Shown here: piece after piece, positions 32,942 through 45,764 of the stretch
How the letters are laid out: each line of letters begins with the position of its first letter
How positions within the stretch are numbered: the stretch's first letter is position 1
Assembly: GCA_047495785.1 (NCBI GenBank)
Contig: JBLDXI010000007.1
Coordinates: forward strand, 1,488,001 to 1,552,000
DNA: 64,000 nucleotides
Reading direction: 5' to 3'
Origin: Lepidodermella squamata
Taxonomy: Eukaryota; Animalia; Gastrotricha
The notes under the pieces: generated by a model
The model's input: only the letters and a program-made list of their open reading frames with translations
The model's database searches: none
Told to the model about the DNA's origin: nothing
Position numbers and translations under genes: made by a program

Positions 32942-33013
32942 AGGTCCCATCGAGAATCGAACTCGAGTCGCTGGATTCAGAGTCCAGAGTGCTAACCGCT
33001 ACACCATGGAACC
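32942..33013 (-). tRNA. tRNA-Gln(CTG)
   Basis: Near-identical to 21571-21642. Confidence 0.92.
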
Positions 33014-33509
33014 TTTCGAAAACCGGTTCGGGCAAGATCAGCTTGAATCTTATTTCCTAGTAATGGGTTGGCTACTCTCAATGAATTTGAGGACTGTTCG
33101 GCGAATTAATTCGGCAGGACCGAAATATATGGCAGAACCGGAATAAAGGGCAGAGGGTAATTGTCATTTGAATAATAATTGCCAGAACCGTATTAATAAC
33201 GTATGATGTGGCTTGCATGAACGCCTGCTGGGCAAGTGGTTGAAGCTGGATAGGTTGCAATTTTTCCTCAGTGCTCCAACCGTCCTTTTCTACTTTTCTA
33301 CCTTAATCCACTTCGCGTATGTATAGTCACAGGTGGAAGGTAGTAGCTATAGTGGTTATTCGTCGGTTTTAACTGTTAATATAGGTGCTCTTCAGACTGA
33401 CTGATTAGGTTGGAAAGAATAAAGGGCAGACGCCAAATACACAAAGCAGGACTTGAACCCTGTTTGAAGAAATACAGGGTAGTGTCTTATAAATTTCGTA
33501 AAAATAAGG

Positions 33510-34091
33510 TACCGTATTTTCCGTATTAGCTTCAGGGGGCATTGTAATTTCAGAGCTTCGAAAAAGGGGGCTGTAAACGGGACATGTTTCAATTGCGAGC
33601 ATGCGATTTTATTGTTTCAAAGCAAATTTTCAAGTGTTAAAGTTGAAAAAAAATTAGAATATATTGATTATTTTTGAACAAAAGTCAACAACTTTTTATC
33701 AAAATCGATAGCGAGTTTTCAGCCATTTTTTATGCAAATTTTTGAAAATTGAAAATTTAATTTTTTTCAAACGATGAATGCTTGGAAATCGATAGCTACT
33801 TTGGCAATTTTCATTGCTTAAATTGTCTTACTCAGCCATGTTTCGCCATTTTCTATCAAACATGACCACAAACGCCTCAGAAATGGATTCAAAAAATTGT
33901 GCGCAGTTATTTTTAAATGCGATTTTCAGAGTTTTATTTAAAATTTAGATCGCGGGTAGCTATGACGAGTATGAGGCTTTGTTTTTTCAAAGGCTTTGAA
34001 AAGGGGGGTTGTAAACGGGACGGGCGGTAATAACGGGCATATGAAGCTCCCGGATATTACGGGATTACCGTATATTACGGAATATATGGTA
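33510..34091. mobile_element. Tc1/pogo-type non-autonomous element
   Basis: taccgtattttccgta / tacggaatatatggta TIRs; internal direct repeat aaaagggggg..gtaaacgggac. Confidence 0.55.
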
Positions 34092-34124
34092 ATTTTGTTT
34101 TCCAATGAATCTGCAAAAAATGTT

Positions 34125-34206
34125 CGTCGCCAGTAGGATTTGAACCTACGCGCGGAGACCGCATCTGATTTCTAGTCAGACCCCTTAACCACTCGGGCAT
34201 AGCGAC
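34125..34206 (-). tRNA. tRNA-Ser(AGA)
   Basis: Same sequence as 21969-22050. Confidence 0.92.
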
Positions 34207-34383
34207 TTGCTGAAATATAAGTGGCCAGCTGACTGGACATAGGATATAGGACATAGTTGGCTACAACATAAAGAAACATGTATCCTAATTACCAGGAGTA
34301 TAGCGCATGACAAATGTTTGCCTAACTGCCTGCTGAAAGAAGTTAAGGGTTTCTGATTCAGTCCTAGGCCGATGGCAAAAAGA

Positions 34384-34465
34384 TGGCAGCGGTGGGGTTC
34401 GAACCCACGCCTCCGAAGAGACTAGAGCCTAAATCTAGCGCCTTAGACCACTCGGCCACGCTACC
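34384..34465 (-). tRNA. tRNA-Leu(TAG)
   Basis: Same sequence as 22212-22293. Confidence 0.93.
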
Positions 34466-34930
34466 TTGATAGAAACAGAAACCCCGAACACTAAGTTGGC
34501 CTCAGGTATACCAGCTGGAAATTCAAGCCATGACCCATTTTACTCGTCATGGCCCGTTAATTATTTTTATATAACTTCTCATTGAGAGCAATTTTTGATA
34601 CCAAATTTATGGCCAAATTCGTCAAATTCGATTTAGGCAAATTTAGGTACTTGGCGGGATTCATTAGCCCAATGAGGATGAGTAGCGAGCGTGGCTTCTC
34701 TTGCGAGTTTTACAGGGCTTGGCAGTCACCTGGCCCCGGGCCAGCTTGACACGTGTTATCTGTATTCGATAATAGACGGAGTTTCAGTTTTACAAATTTC
34801 CAAAGCTTTCAAAAGATCCGCCTTAACTCATCATTGCTTAAGTTATTTATGTTTGATTCATAGAGAACAGAAGTACATTATGTACTTCTGTTCTCTATGG
34901 GTTAATCTGATCTCTATGGTATGTTTCTAG

Positions 34931-36108
34931 GTCCTGGTAACAGTTGAAGCGTCCAAAATAGTCATTCCGGCAAATCATTTCTTGGAGATGGGAACAATTA
35001 AGCTTATGTATAAAATAATGATAACAACCGGATACTACAACAGATCAGTCGTAGCTGTTGGCAACTCCGGCACCCGTGCTTTCGAATCCCAACCGGAAAC
35101 CTACTTCACGTATCAGCAAGGCGATCCAGACAGCACGATCACGTTTTATGACGTTGCAATGCAGCAAATATCTGTGCCATGGGTGACTTTTGTCATCAAC
35201 CCTTTCGCTAGATTGGAAGACTTTGCTAGAGCCATCAAGCGCTACATGGGCGAAACGGCGTATCCGCTATATGTTCAAGGCGAGATATCGCCTCAAGACG
35301 ATTATTTTTTTCTGACCAGAAAGTAGCACTTTTCATTGGCTATCCTCGTTATGCTTCTATTATGCATGTTGAACCTCATGGTCGACAAACCATAAACCAG
35401 ACATGGCTGTTTTTAGATAAGAACAACTATCAGAGTGTTGTTTACAGCAGCTTAGGTCAAACTTTCAACATCGCATGCGAGCATTTTGATTACGTCGACA
35501 TTCATGACGATCACAACGCAATAAAGCTGTTTAGTAGGTCAAACAACCTCGCTATTGCGGCGGCATTTACAACGGGAAATTTCATGTCAACGTGCCTCTC
35601 GCCTCCATTCCAACGGCCAAACGCATTCGTCCTACCCGGCCGTAATGAAATTAGGGGATATTTCGGACGGGATTTCGTCGAGCCTCGTATTGGTCAGATC
35701 AATAACCTGGCTAGACAGCTTATGCCGCAATTTTGGCAAGATTTCACCATAAGGAGGGATGTTATGGGAATCATGACTGCTGGGCATTATGAATTTAGGT
35801 GGTGCGCGATTTTCAACCAAGCTCGAGAACCAGCTGTTGATTGGGCCCTGATTCCGCTTCCTAATCTTTTTCGAAGGAGAACTGTTCCAAACATTGTGAC
35901 AATGGGCATCATTCCGGAGAAACCGGCTGCTGATCAAATTCAAGTTTTCGGTGTCGCCAAAACTTCGAATGACAGTTTCCAAACTCCGACGGCTTACTCG
36001 TGTTGGATTCGAGTGTCTAGGTTACATTTAGGTACTGCTGGTAGGATCCTGGCTGCTGATGAACCAAAATGGGCACTTGCGATTTTTCCCCATAATTTCG
36101 ACAAATAA
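34931..36108 (+). CDS. Unknown protein, split across two out-of-frame ORFs (intron or frameshift near 35326-35362)
   Basis: tttctag acceptor at 34930; ORFs of 114 and 248 aa with globular, beta-rich composition; no motif recognised. Confidence 0.4.
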
Positions 36109-37405
36109 ACTTAGACGCTAAAAATTCATTTCGAGAGGAAATTTTATGTTTTAGTTGTCCATGAAAACAAAACTTGTTTAATCTTAAAAGAAAATCCCAA
36201 AAACAAAACAGCCGTGTTCATTCCTTAAAAATCTTAACTTTTGGCTTTTAATTGCAAATTGCTATTTGATAAAGTTTTACTGTGATTTTGAGGAAAATCG
36301 CGGAAAAATTCGCCGGATGAATCGGATTCGATGCCGATTTGCCGCGACGTTGCCCTTGCCGCCGTTCTGACTTTGAATAAATCGGAACTTTTTCAAAATT
36401 TCAGCACAACAAAACGGTGGCTGATTTTCAACGCGAAGCAAGGCCGCTTGTTGGAAAATGACCTAGTTCAAATTGCATAATGGATTGGCGGTAGAATTCG
36501 GCTAGAGAAAATTGAAATTATTCGAGATTTCCAATTTACTCAACCCAACTACTAGTGTCACTAACTAAGGCAGGACTACTTTTAACGCGACCTTGCTGCT
36601 GGCAATAGTGGCCTATGATAAGAAGTCTGCGTTTTGCGAACGGCCTGAGAGACGGCGGTCGATTAGTAGGTCAAGTCCCTGGGAAAGATGCCCAGTGACA
36701 GGCGAGAGAGTAAGAAGGGGAGTGGAACTGAAACTAGAACTGATGCTACTGCACCTTCGAATTGAGCTGGCCGGACTATTCCCGTGGGTGTAAGGATCAT
36801 TCTACGTGAGTAATGATCATTATTATACTGGGAAATTTATTGGTAAAATTCATTAAATTCAAACAAAATTCAATTTTAAGAATTTTCGAGATTTTTATTA
36901 AATTCAATAAAAAATTTTAATTGTTTGAAATTTATTTTGAATTTTGAATAGAATTAATTAATTTCTTTAAAGGTCAAATTCCTTGAAATTATCAAATCGG
37001 GTACTCATTTCTAATTTCGAAATTCAAATTTTGCCAATTTTTCAAAAATTCTTAAATTCAACGAAAAATAATAGTTGGCTTCTTCTACGTTGGCGTTTCA
37101 CAGGTGTTGTAACTGCTAGTTTAATGATTACGCTGGTGCGATAGGTCCGGGCAGCTGAAATTGACGTTAGTCTCCGTAGAAGAAAAACCTGGCAACCGAG
37201 GCCGAGGGCGCGGGAAACGCCGAGGATAAAGGAGCGTCTTATTATATCTTATATCATCGAAATGAAGAGAATAAATGTGTTTCCGATGAATTAATTGGTT
37301 TTTATAGGTAAAATGATTATTCCGCTGGTTCCGATGGTTTAGGACAAAACTGGCACGATGGAAGTTATTATTGTTCCGAAGATTTGAAGTTATTTCGTAA
37401 TTTTA

Positions 37406-37564
37406 CGGGTGTGGCGCGAACGCCGGTACCCATGTGAAATATTTTGCACCCGACTCCACCGATGAGGCAGAGCGCAGGGGTCAGCGGACCGCAGTGCAAT
37501 GGCCCGCCTCGCCCTGGGGCGACCGACTTGCTGAGCTCGGTTCATCCCAGTGCCAGGTAAGTTT
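37406..37564 (-). ncRNA. U1: U1 snRNA (divergent)
   Basis: Near-identical to 25017-25175. Confidence 0.9.
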
Positions 37565-37679
37565 AGTGGCCATAGGTCCACGCGATCGACCCCACTTAGC
37601 AGTTGGACCATAAATGGCTACTATAGTCATTTGGTTATTCTTCTTTTGATCGAAATCCTGATTAAAAATTGTGGACAGT

Positions 37680-37751
37680 TAGCAGAGCGTAGTTTCGATC
37701 TACAGACCTCTGGGTTATGGGCCCAGCGCGCTTCCACTGCGCCACTCTGCT
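37680..37751 (-). tRNA. initiator tRNA-Met(CAT)
   Basis: Same sequence as 25291-25362. Confidence 0.93.
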
Positions 37752-37821
37752 TGTCTGAAGAAGGAATGAATTACTCGATCGTTGTATCAGAAGTTTTCAT
37801 GAATTCAAATGGAAAAAATGA

Positions 37822-37903
37822 TGGCAGCGGTGGGGTTCGAACCCACGCCTCCGAAGAGACTAGAGCCTAAATCTAGCGCCTTAGACCACTCGGCCACGCT
37901 ACC
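37822..37903 (-). tRNA. tRNA-Leu(TAG)
   Basis: Same sequence as other Leu(TAG) copies. Confidence 0.93.
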
Positions 37904-39097
37904 TTGATAAATTCGGTTGCGAAAGTCTAGACTTAATTTTCCAGATGATGTTGCTCACAGTTGCACTGAATTTATTATGCCGAGTTTTAAGCTCTATCGT
38001 TTCGTAATAACATCGAATAACTAAGGTGAATATTCTAAGACAAAGGCCAAAGGCGCTTCAGGGTGTTCAAATTCCACGAATTTAAAAAAGAAAACGTTAC
38101 AGCAGCCGTCGCTCGAGCAGGTATATCGTAAAATCACGCGAAATGTAAGAAAAAAGTCATTTTGAATTTGTGTTGAATGAACAGTAACATGCAGTTTTAT
38201 TTGCTATTGTTAACAATTTAGCACGCGTACAGAAACGACACAAAGAAGTAGAAGCGGTATAAGTAACCAATATTGTCATCGTCATGTTGGATGGCTGGTG
38301 AACGCCTTTGAGGCTGTTGGACGCCGATGATATTCACTCATTCAGTCAGACTTTTGATTGATTTTTTATTACGGTGCATTAATATAACAACAACAAAGAG
38401 ATGTTCGTTTTTTTAAAACTTTGTTGATCAGTTTATTAAAGCAAGTGTGCATGTGATGATGATGATGATGATGACAAAATTTGACAATTTTTCGCTGTTG
38501 TTGATGATTTTTTAACGATGATGATAAAGGCTTTTTTGATGCTCAGATGATCATCGTCATCATATAACAATCAAAAAGTTTGCTTTTTCAGTTTTTCTTT
38601 TCTCAATGTATAAACACGCGAGATTTTTTCGTTTAAAAATCTTTGGTAATAAAACACAGTTTTATAATCAGTTTCTGACAATCGCGCTATTAATTGTATT
38701 GCTTTGCTCATTAACTCATAGGTGACCAACTAGGTTTTTTTGTAGTTGCTTTAGGCCGTCACTACCGAGAATAGTAGGGCTATAACATATTATATAAGAG
38801 TTGATTTTTGTTTTTAAACGTAATTACACAATGATGAGAAGAGATGCGATTAAACACGATACAATTTTTGTAACAGATGAGATTAGTAAATCTATAGCTG
38901 CTATATTATACATGTTTTCATATGATTTTCCTGAAATTTATCCAAACACGACGGAGCAAAATTATCGAAAATTCCAACATGCATTCAGTTCCGCAAAGCC
39001 ACCAGGGTTGACTGTGAAATTGAAAAAAGGAATCAGCAATTTATTCAAAATTTCTATCAATTCGCGTACATACCTTAGACAATGGTGGTCAGCGCTG

Positions 39098-40156
39098 CTA
39101 TTGGTTCACCGCCGGCTGTACTGGTGTTTGGTTGGGAGCCAGTACGGTCGGAGCTGATTGCAGAGGGCAGATCTCGGTTCCACAGCAGCGGGTCTGCGAA
39201 AAAAACGTTACATTATTAAAACCAAAATAATTAAGGTGGATTTTTTTTTATTAACCGTGTAAAGATTGGCGGGGTCGATCCAGTGGCGCTTGCCGGTGCA
39301 GAAGATCATGAGCTCGCCCTTGGGCACCTGCGCATCCTGGCTGGCGGAGCGTGGCGGGTCAACGATGCCTGACGTGCAGTTCTCGCTGTTGTAGTTGTAC
39401 AACTGCTGGCCGCAGCAGCCCCAAGTGAGTGTCGCTTGCGTCGACAACAAGAAGCGGTAGCTGGCACACACGACGTAGACGGAGCCGAGGGGCAGCGGCG
39501 CCTGTTGCGGCGACGGGCGGTTCTGAACGGTGCCGGAGATGCACATCTGCGTGTCCGGGTCGTAGACGGCGAAGTTGCAGCAGCGGTGCGTGTCGGTCGT
39601 GATGTACAAGTAGCCGCCGCAGTTGATGCGGATCAGACGCTCGGCCGGGGTCGGGGTTGGCATGCCGGCGACCAATGGCAGAATGACGCCCTGCTGGCAC
39701 TTCTGGAAGCGCGTGTCGTACGAGTCGTCGTTGCAGCACGCCAACAGCTTGTAAGTGTCCTTGTAGACGGATTGTTGGCAGCACAGGAAGCCGAGCGGGC
39801 AAGTCGACCAGTTGGTCTCGACTGGGCCGTAGACGTTCGAGGCAGTCGGGGCTGGCAGGATGGAGGACACGCTCGACTGAACGGCGTTTTGGACCGGGTT
39901 CTGAACGGCCTGCTGGACAGCGGCTTGGGCAGCTTGGACGGCGGGCTGAGCGGGGTTGGCGAAGTTGCTCGGGTTCGAAGGCCGGAGGAAACGCGACAAG
40001 AACGGGATGGTGCCGTCATCTGATGACTGGGCTGTGTTATCAGCTATCAACGTGAGAGAAATTCAACGATTTAGTTAGGAATCAATAAGACTTACCGTTG
40101 TTTTGAGCAGAGCAGGCGCCGATAAGGACGGCGGCGACGATAAGTTCCCGGATCAT
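39098..40156 (-). CDS. Secreted galaxin-like dicysteine-repeat protein; exons 40156-40096, 40043-39256, 39193-39098
   Basis: Signal peptide MIRELIVAAVLIGACSA; repeated CC...Y...C motifs; GT-AG introns keep the frame. Confidence 0.8.
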
Positions 40157-42258
40157 TGTATTGCTCGCGACTTCTTTTGATTTTAACCTCGTCCTATAGT
40201 TGGGTTATAAGAAAATTTTACTTCTTACCAAACCGATTGTTGTTTTTAATGGCAATGCGCGCAGTTGGAGAGGATGCGCGCGCAATAATCGTAAAAACAA
40301 AGTAATAAACGATTGTTATTATTTGACATGCGAGATAAAAGCGCGCGCGCATGGCATAAAAGGTGTCATTATTTTTTTGATGATTACCAAGCCGGGCTTC
40401 AAGTGAGCAGCAGCTTCTTGTTTTGTATAGCTATGCGCGCGCGCCGTGACAAAACTCGTTTTTTCACAAGCGCGCACACGTAGACACATGCACATAGACA
40501 CATGTGTTATGTGAACGTGTGTTAGGGGCCGAAGAAAATGCGCGCGCCGCCGTTAGGTTAGTATAGTTGCCACTGGCCGGTCATTATCGTTTTGCCAGGC
40601 GTCGGTCGCCGGGTCTGAGACTTTTTATGCCGACCACACGCTGCGATGCGGCAACGAGGCGGTAGGTAGATGAGCGAGCCCGCGCGTGTGCTGACCATCA
40701 TCATCATCATCGCTATCATCAGCAGTTTTATTACAGTTAACTATTTTATCAACTAACAGCAGCGAGGACAGCAAAAAAGCAATGACACTCGCGCCCCGGC
40801 TATAAAGCTTCCAGGGTAGCAGTTGCTAGATGATAAAAACCGAATCGCGCCCTTACCTTGGCAGCGGCGATGAGACGGCCAGTTAATACTAGCTAGGTAG
40901 ATTTGAGACGCGATGGTAATAAAATGAGCGAGTAGTGAAGAAGACTGAAATTGAGCAAATGAAAATGACTAACTGACGAACGTGAAAAATTTCTCGGGCA
41001 AAATAATGGCTAAAATGAGCGAAATGAAGCCTTTAAGCTGGCATTTATACGTCGGCCTATTGCATTATTTGAGCCTATTTTAAGGTGAGACAACGACGCT
41101 ATGATTGTTTTAAGCTCATCATTAGATTAGCGACATGAGCTCAAAATAAAAGCGGCAGTGGCAACCTGCTGCCTGAGGGCTCCTTTTGTGTTGGTTGCGC
41201 TTCCGGCCGGCAGGTATATCGCAGTAATCGACGCCGCGCGACGAACGAAACAGAGACATCCGCGCACACACTCGCGCATCTTTATTATCTTAATCACCAG
41301 CGCACCAAACTTTCAAACAAATAAACAAAGCGGACACAAAGAAGGCAAGAAATTTCAGGCCTAGACTGAGGTTAGCCGACGGCGGCTCTGTGTTCGGCCA
41401 GGTCGTGTCACATTTCGCCGCGTTGCTCATCTAATTAGTAGGTTTCGCGGGCCCAGGTCGCGCGCGTGTGCTGTGAGAGATAGCATTAATGATGAGCCTG
41501 TGTGGTAATAATAATCCGACGCGGCTATAATGCAGCCGGGGTCGATTTCGATCGTCATAAATAAAGCCATTATTTCTCTAGGCAAAACACACGACGCGGC
41601 AACGAAACAAACAACGAAACAAACAAAGATAAATAAAAAAAGATGAAACGCTTCACAGCACAAGTGCACAAATAATGTAAATGAAAAAATGCTCTAGTTA
41701 CATTTGCCCCAATAAATATTTTCGGAGAGAAAAATTCGAAGCATTTTTAAAATGTGAAAATACGTTTAAAAACGGATTTTTATTTTAGCCGCGATAGCTA
41801 TATAAAAATGCAACACGCTTCTCGAGGCGACCAAAGCCCAGATAATAGCTGTGATAATAATAATTATAATTAAGTGTCCACCGGGTTATTTTTTGTTTAC
41901 ACATCGCTTCATCAGTAGCTGTCTTCCGACTGCGCACGTATGAGTGTGCGAAAAAAAATAGGCGTCTAGGCGCCCGGCTCATATAATTGATATAAACTTC
42001 TAAATGCATGCGGTTTGCCTGAACTTTTTTGCAGCTATCATCCCTGGTTTACAAGCTAAATACCGGCCGGCGACTTTGAAGACAAAAAATCGAGTTTTTT
42101 TCGCACCCAAACTGCCAAAAATTATTAATTCGCGTCATTTAATACCAAATTTATTTCAAGCCAGTTTTTGCTATACATTGTCATGATGAACTTCGGGAAA
42201 AAAATTTACAAAAAAAAATATTTTACACAGTATTTGACGAGTAAATTTCGGCCATCAT

Positions 42259-45134
42259 TCACAGCACTTTCAGTTTTCTTTTCCACTCATCATCGTCTGA
42301 TAAATCGCCGTCAGTGATTTCGTAGTCAGATTCATCCGAGATTTTGTCAATTTCAGTATTATTTTCAATCACTATCTGGTCATTTAGGCTGATCTCTGAT
42401 TCTGGAACTTTGCCAAGCCTTGGGCACAGCTTGGATCCGCAACAACGTGTCTAAAAAAATGTGTAATTAAGGGTTGATAAAAATCGAGCATTTTTAATAA
42501 TACCTGCATGAGGTTGGCCGGGTCTATCCAGTGCTGGATGCCTCCGGAACAGTAGACCATGAGTTCGCCCGGCGGACGTTGTAACTTTTGCGAATAGGAT
42601 GTTTTTACTATCTCACCTTCGGTGCAATTTTCCTTGTAAAAGAAGACAAACAAAAACAATAATTACCGCGAGTAGGATCACATTTTTAATGGCTTCAAAT
42701 GCGCTACAGCGAACTAAAAATAAGAAAAAATTTAAAAATTTCGCGCGAAAACAGTTAACAATTAGCTTGATAAAATATGAGAAAAATTAACTGAGTCGAC
42801 GGACTGAGCTGAAGACAGAGTTATCGTAAAACTTTGGACTCGGCCGGTTGGAAAAATGATGCGAATATGGGGAAAAAGAAGCAATAGCTTTCACCATAGA
42901 CAATAGCTAACTGTCTAGAGTTGGAAAAAAATTTACGCCAAGATGAAATGAAAAAAAGTGAACGGAAAAAAATCAATTTTCGACGATATTGCAATATTGT
43001 AAAGATGTCAAAGTTGCTGGACCCTCAAGCCGCTTCAATCGATCGAGTTTCGAAAATTCGGTCGAGTTGACGAGCGAAAATGAGTTTTTCGCGCGCTCAA
43101 ATACAATTTTATAAAAATTTAAAAAAATTCATTTTAAAATGCGCAATTTCCATCATAAATATGAGTTTCAAGCATATAAAGGACATGAGGGATTATAGGC
43201 CTAAATATTTTGCCAGAATTATTTTCCTAATATCTAACCTGAGAAAGAACGAATTGAGGAGGATGAAATTATGCATCACGGATCTCAATCTCGAAAATTT
43301 TCGATTTAAAACAGAGTTCAGTGATATTCTATAGTATCGCTCCTAATTCGAATTCCCAGTCTTCAGACTCTAATCTTCCGTCAAAAACGAATTTATTTAT
43401 CATTTATCAGAGAAAGCAAATAAATAGATGAAGTTAAGATTTACCAACTAACAGACTTGTGGGAATTTTCTATTATCGTACTTAAATTTACCATTTTGTA
43501 GTTGAACAACTGCTGTCCACAGCAGCCCCACGTTCGAAGGCCTCGATACGTAATAGGATAGCGATACATTTCGCACACGATGTACTCGCGTTTGCCGCGC
43601 GTTTTATTAACCGCTCCAACCTCACTCTGAACCGAAGCCACTCGGCGCGATTTCGCGTCTAGCCCGTGCGGAAACCGCCTCGCATGGCTGTGGTGCGGAT
43701 AGCGTCCCTTTCGCCGAGTCGGATATTCAGAGGAATTCACCATTTCGGAATTTTTCGGCCTTTGAGACGCAACTCGGCGGGTTTTTCGCGTTGATAGCAA
43801 CATTATAGCAGTTGTTGGCTCAGCCGTCGTAGTAGTAGTCATCTCAGGTGTGGTCGTGGCTATAACCTTGGTCGTCTAAAAAACGAAATTTAAAAATTTA
43901 AAACAAAGAAACAAATTAATTTTTAAAATAATTAATTTATTTAATTTTTGAAAAAACTTTAGATCAAAATATCAAAAAACTTTAGACTTTTAATCAATAT
44001 TTCCCCTAATAATAATGCCTTTCCAAGCCTTTCGGGAAATTCCTGGTTAATTAAAAAAAAATCCCGCATTTTTTTCATAGCGTGACCTAATTTTAAAGTT
44101 TATGCTCAGTGTCAAGTTTAGAAAAAAATGGGTCACCTGAAAGGTAAATTCTGATATAAAATTAGAAATTTAAATAATGTGTGTTCCCAGTTGGTTGAAA
44201 AATCTAAAATTTAAATAAACTGTTGAGAACGATGCAATTCTAACCATTTTTCCAGACTCGGAGCAGCGAAATTTCGATGTGTCGTAAAATGTCCCGTTGC
44301 AGCATCGGTAGAGAGTTGGCGCAAAGTACAATTCGTTATCCGGGCCGCAGAAAACTTGCTGAAGGCGAGCTGCTGGTGTTAATCGAGGCATGCCCTCTTT
44401 CAAGGGCGCCACACCGCCTGCTACACACGCTTCATACCTGTTATCGAACGATTCAACGCCGCAACATTGTAAAATGTTGTAGTGATTTCGATAAACAGCT
44501 CCTTCTTCACAGCACAGGAAATCTGGCGGGCAAACGCTTATCGTAGACGGCAGTGGGCCGAAAATGAGGGAATTCGTCTCGTGGCCAGTAAGTTGGTCGT
44601 TCCGGTTGAGTGATTTCATGTGATGAACGGGTATTTGCACGCCGGACGGGGTGATTATTGTCGAGGTTGCCGGGTCTGGTACGTTGACTGGGTTGGCCTG
44701 GCGAAGTTGGAAAACGTCGCGAGTCTGCGCTTCGGCCACGATTTTCTTCGGCAGAAAACTCGCCTCAGTTGGCATGAAATTAGGGTGATAGGTGAAGGGT
44801 ATTGGCCGGCTAACGACTGAATTGAAGCTGAATGGGTTGAAATAATTGTTTGATGATCGAAAAACGGGCACCATAGGGGCATTGCTTGGCGAGATTTGAT
44901 CGTTGCGATGTTGCGCTGGTGCAACAACGGCGCCGCTCGATCGATGAGGCGATGGGGCGGCAGGGGCGAGAGCTGCTGATTTCGGGACCACTGGAACGGC
45001 GGCCGTTGTGAAGGCGATCACGTTTTCGTTGGTGTCGATGAATTGGGACGACGATTCGGAGTAGATGAAGACGGGGCCTTTGTTATTTTCGAAAAGCTGA
45101 TCTCGTATCCCTCGTATCGGGCTACCACTGTCAC
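42259..45134 (-). CDS. Galaxin-like dicysteine-repeat protein paralog; exons 45134-44245, 43875-43492, 42632-42504, 42450-42259; first exon unresolved
   Basis: Collinear similarity to the 39098-40156 product (FLCC, TWGCCGQQL, GELM..C..HWIDPANL, TRCCG); Thr-rich insert; acidic tail. Confidence 0.78.
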
Positions 45135-45513
45135 CTGGAAAAAATGATCAATTAACAACCTCAACATCAATTCGAATACGGAGCCTATTTTTTATTTTTT
45201 TTCGCAAAAATATCCTAATTTCTTGATAATTGTTGAATAAATAATTTTTGATTTTAAATGATTCTAATTCTTAAATCCAGGAAAATTCAAAGATACTTCA
45301 AGTTAGTAAATAAAAACCTAGAATATAATTTCATTCATTCATTGCGAAAATTGATATAGTCCTTATTTAATTCAAGCTACCTTTTCCTGCCAGAATAAAT
45401 AGGTAATGAAATTTAAGATCATTATTGAAACTTGGCAGATTGGTCATGTCATTCATGTTCAAAGCTTACTATGAGATAGCGCTAAAACTTCTCAGAAGTT
45501 TACCGGGTAGATC

Positions 45514-45764
45514 CAGGGTGTCTGAAAAGTTGCACAACTACTTTCTGAGTTTTCAACTAATTGTAGGGAATTTTAGTAGTTTTACTACATTTTAGCTAAC
45601 TAATTGTTTCGTATCTCTTTTCTACCGAAGAAAATCCGAAGAAAAACCCGATGGGAATGGTTCGGTAATTTTCGGTATTTTACCATTGTTAAATGGATTT
45701 CTCCGCTACAGACTTCCCGATACTTTTTCCTTTTATCCGTTGAGTTCCTTATGAGACACCCTGT
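45514..45764. mobile_element. Mariner-like MITE; related copy at ~58268-58670
   Basis: cagggtgtct...agacaccctg TIRs; shared internal ggttcggtaattttcggta. Confidence 0.55.
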
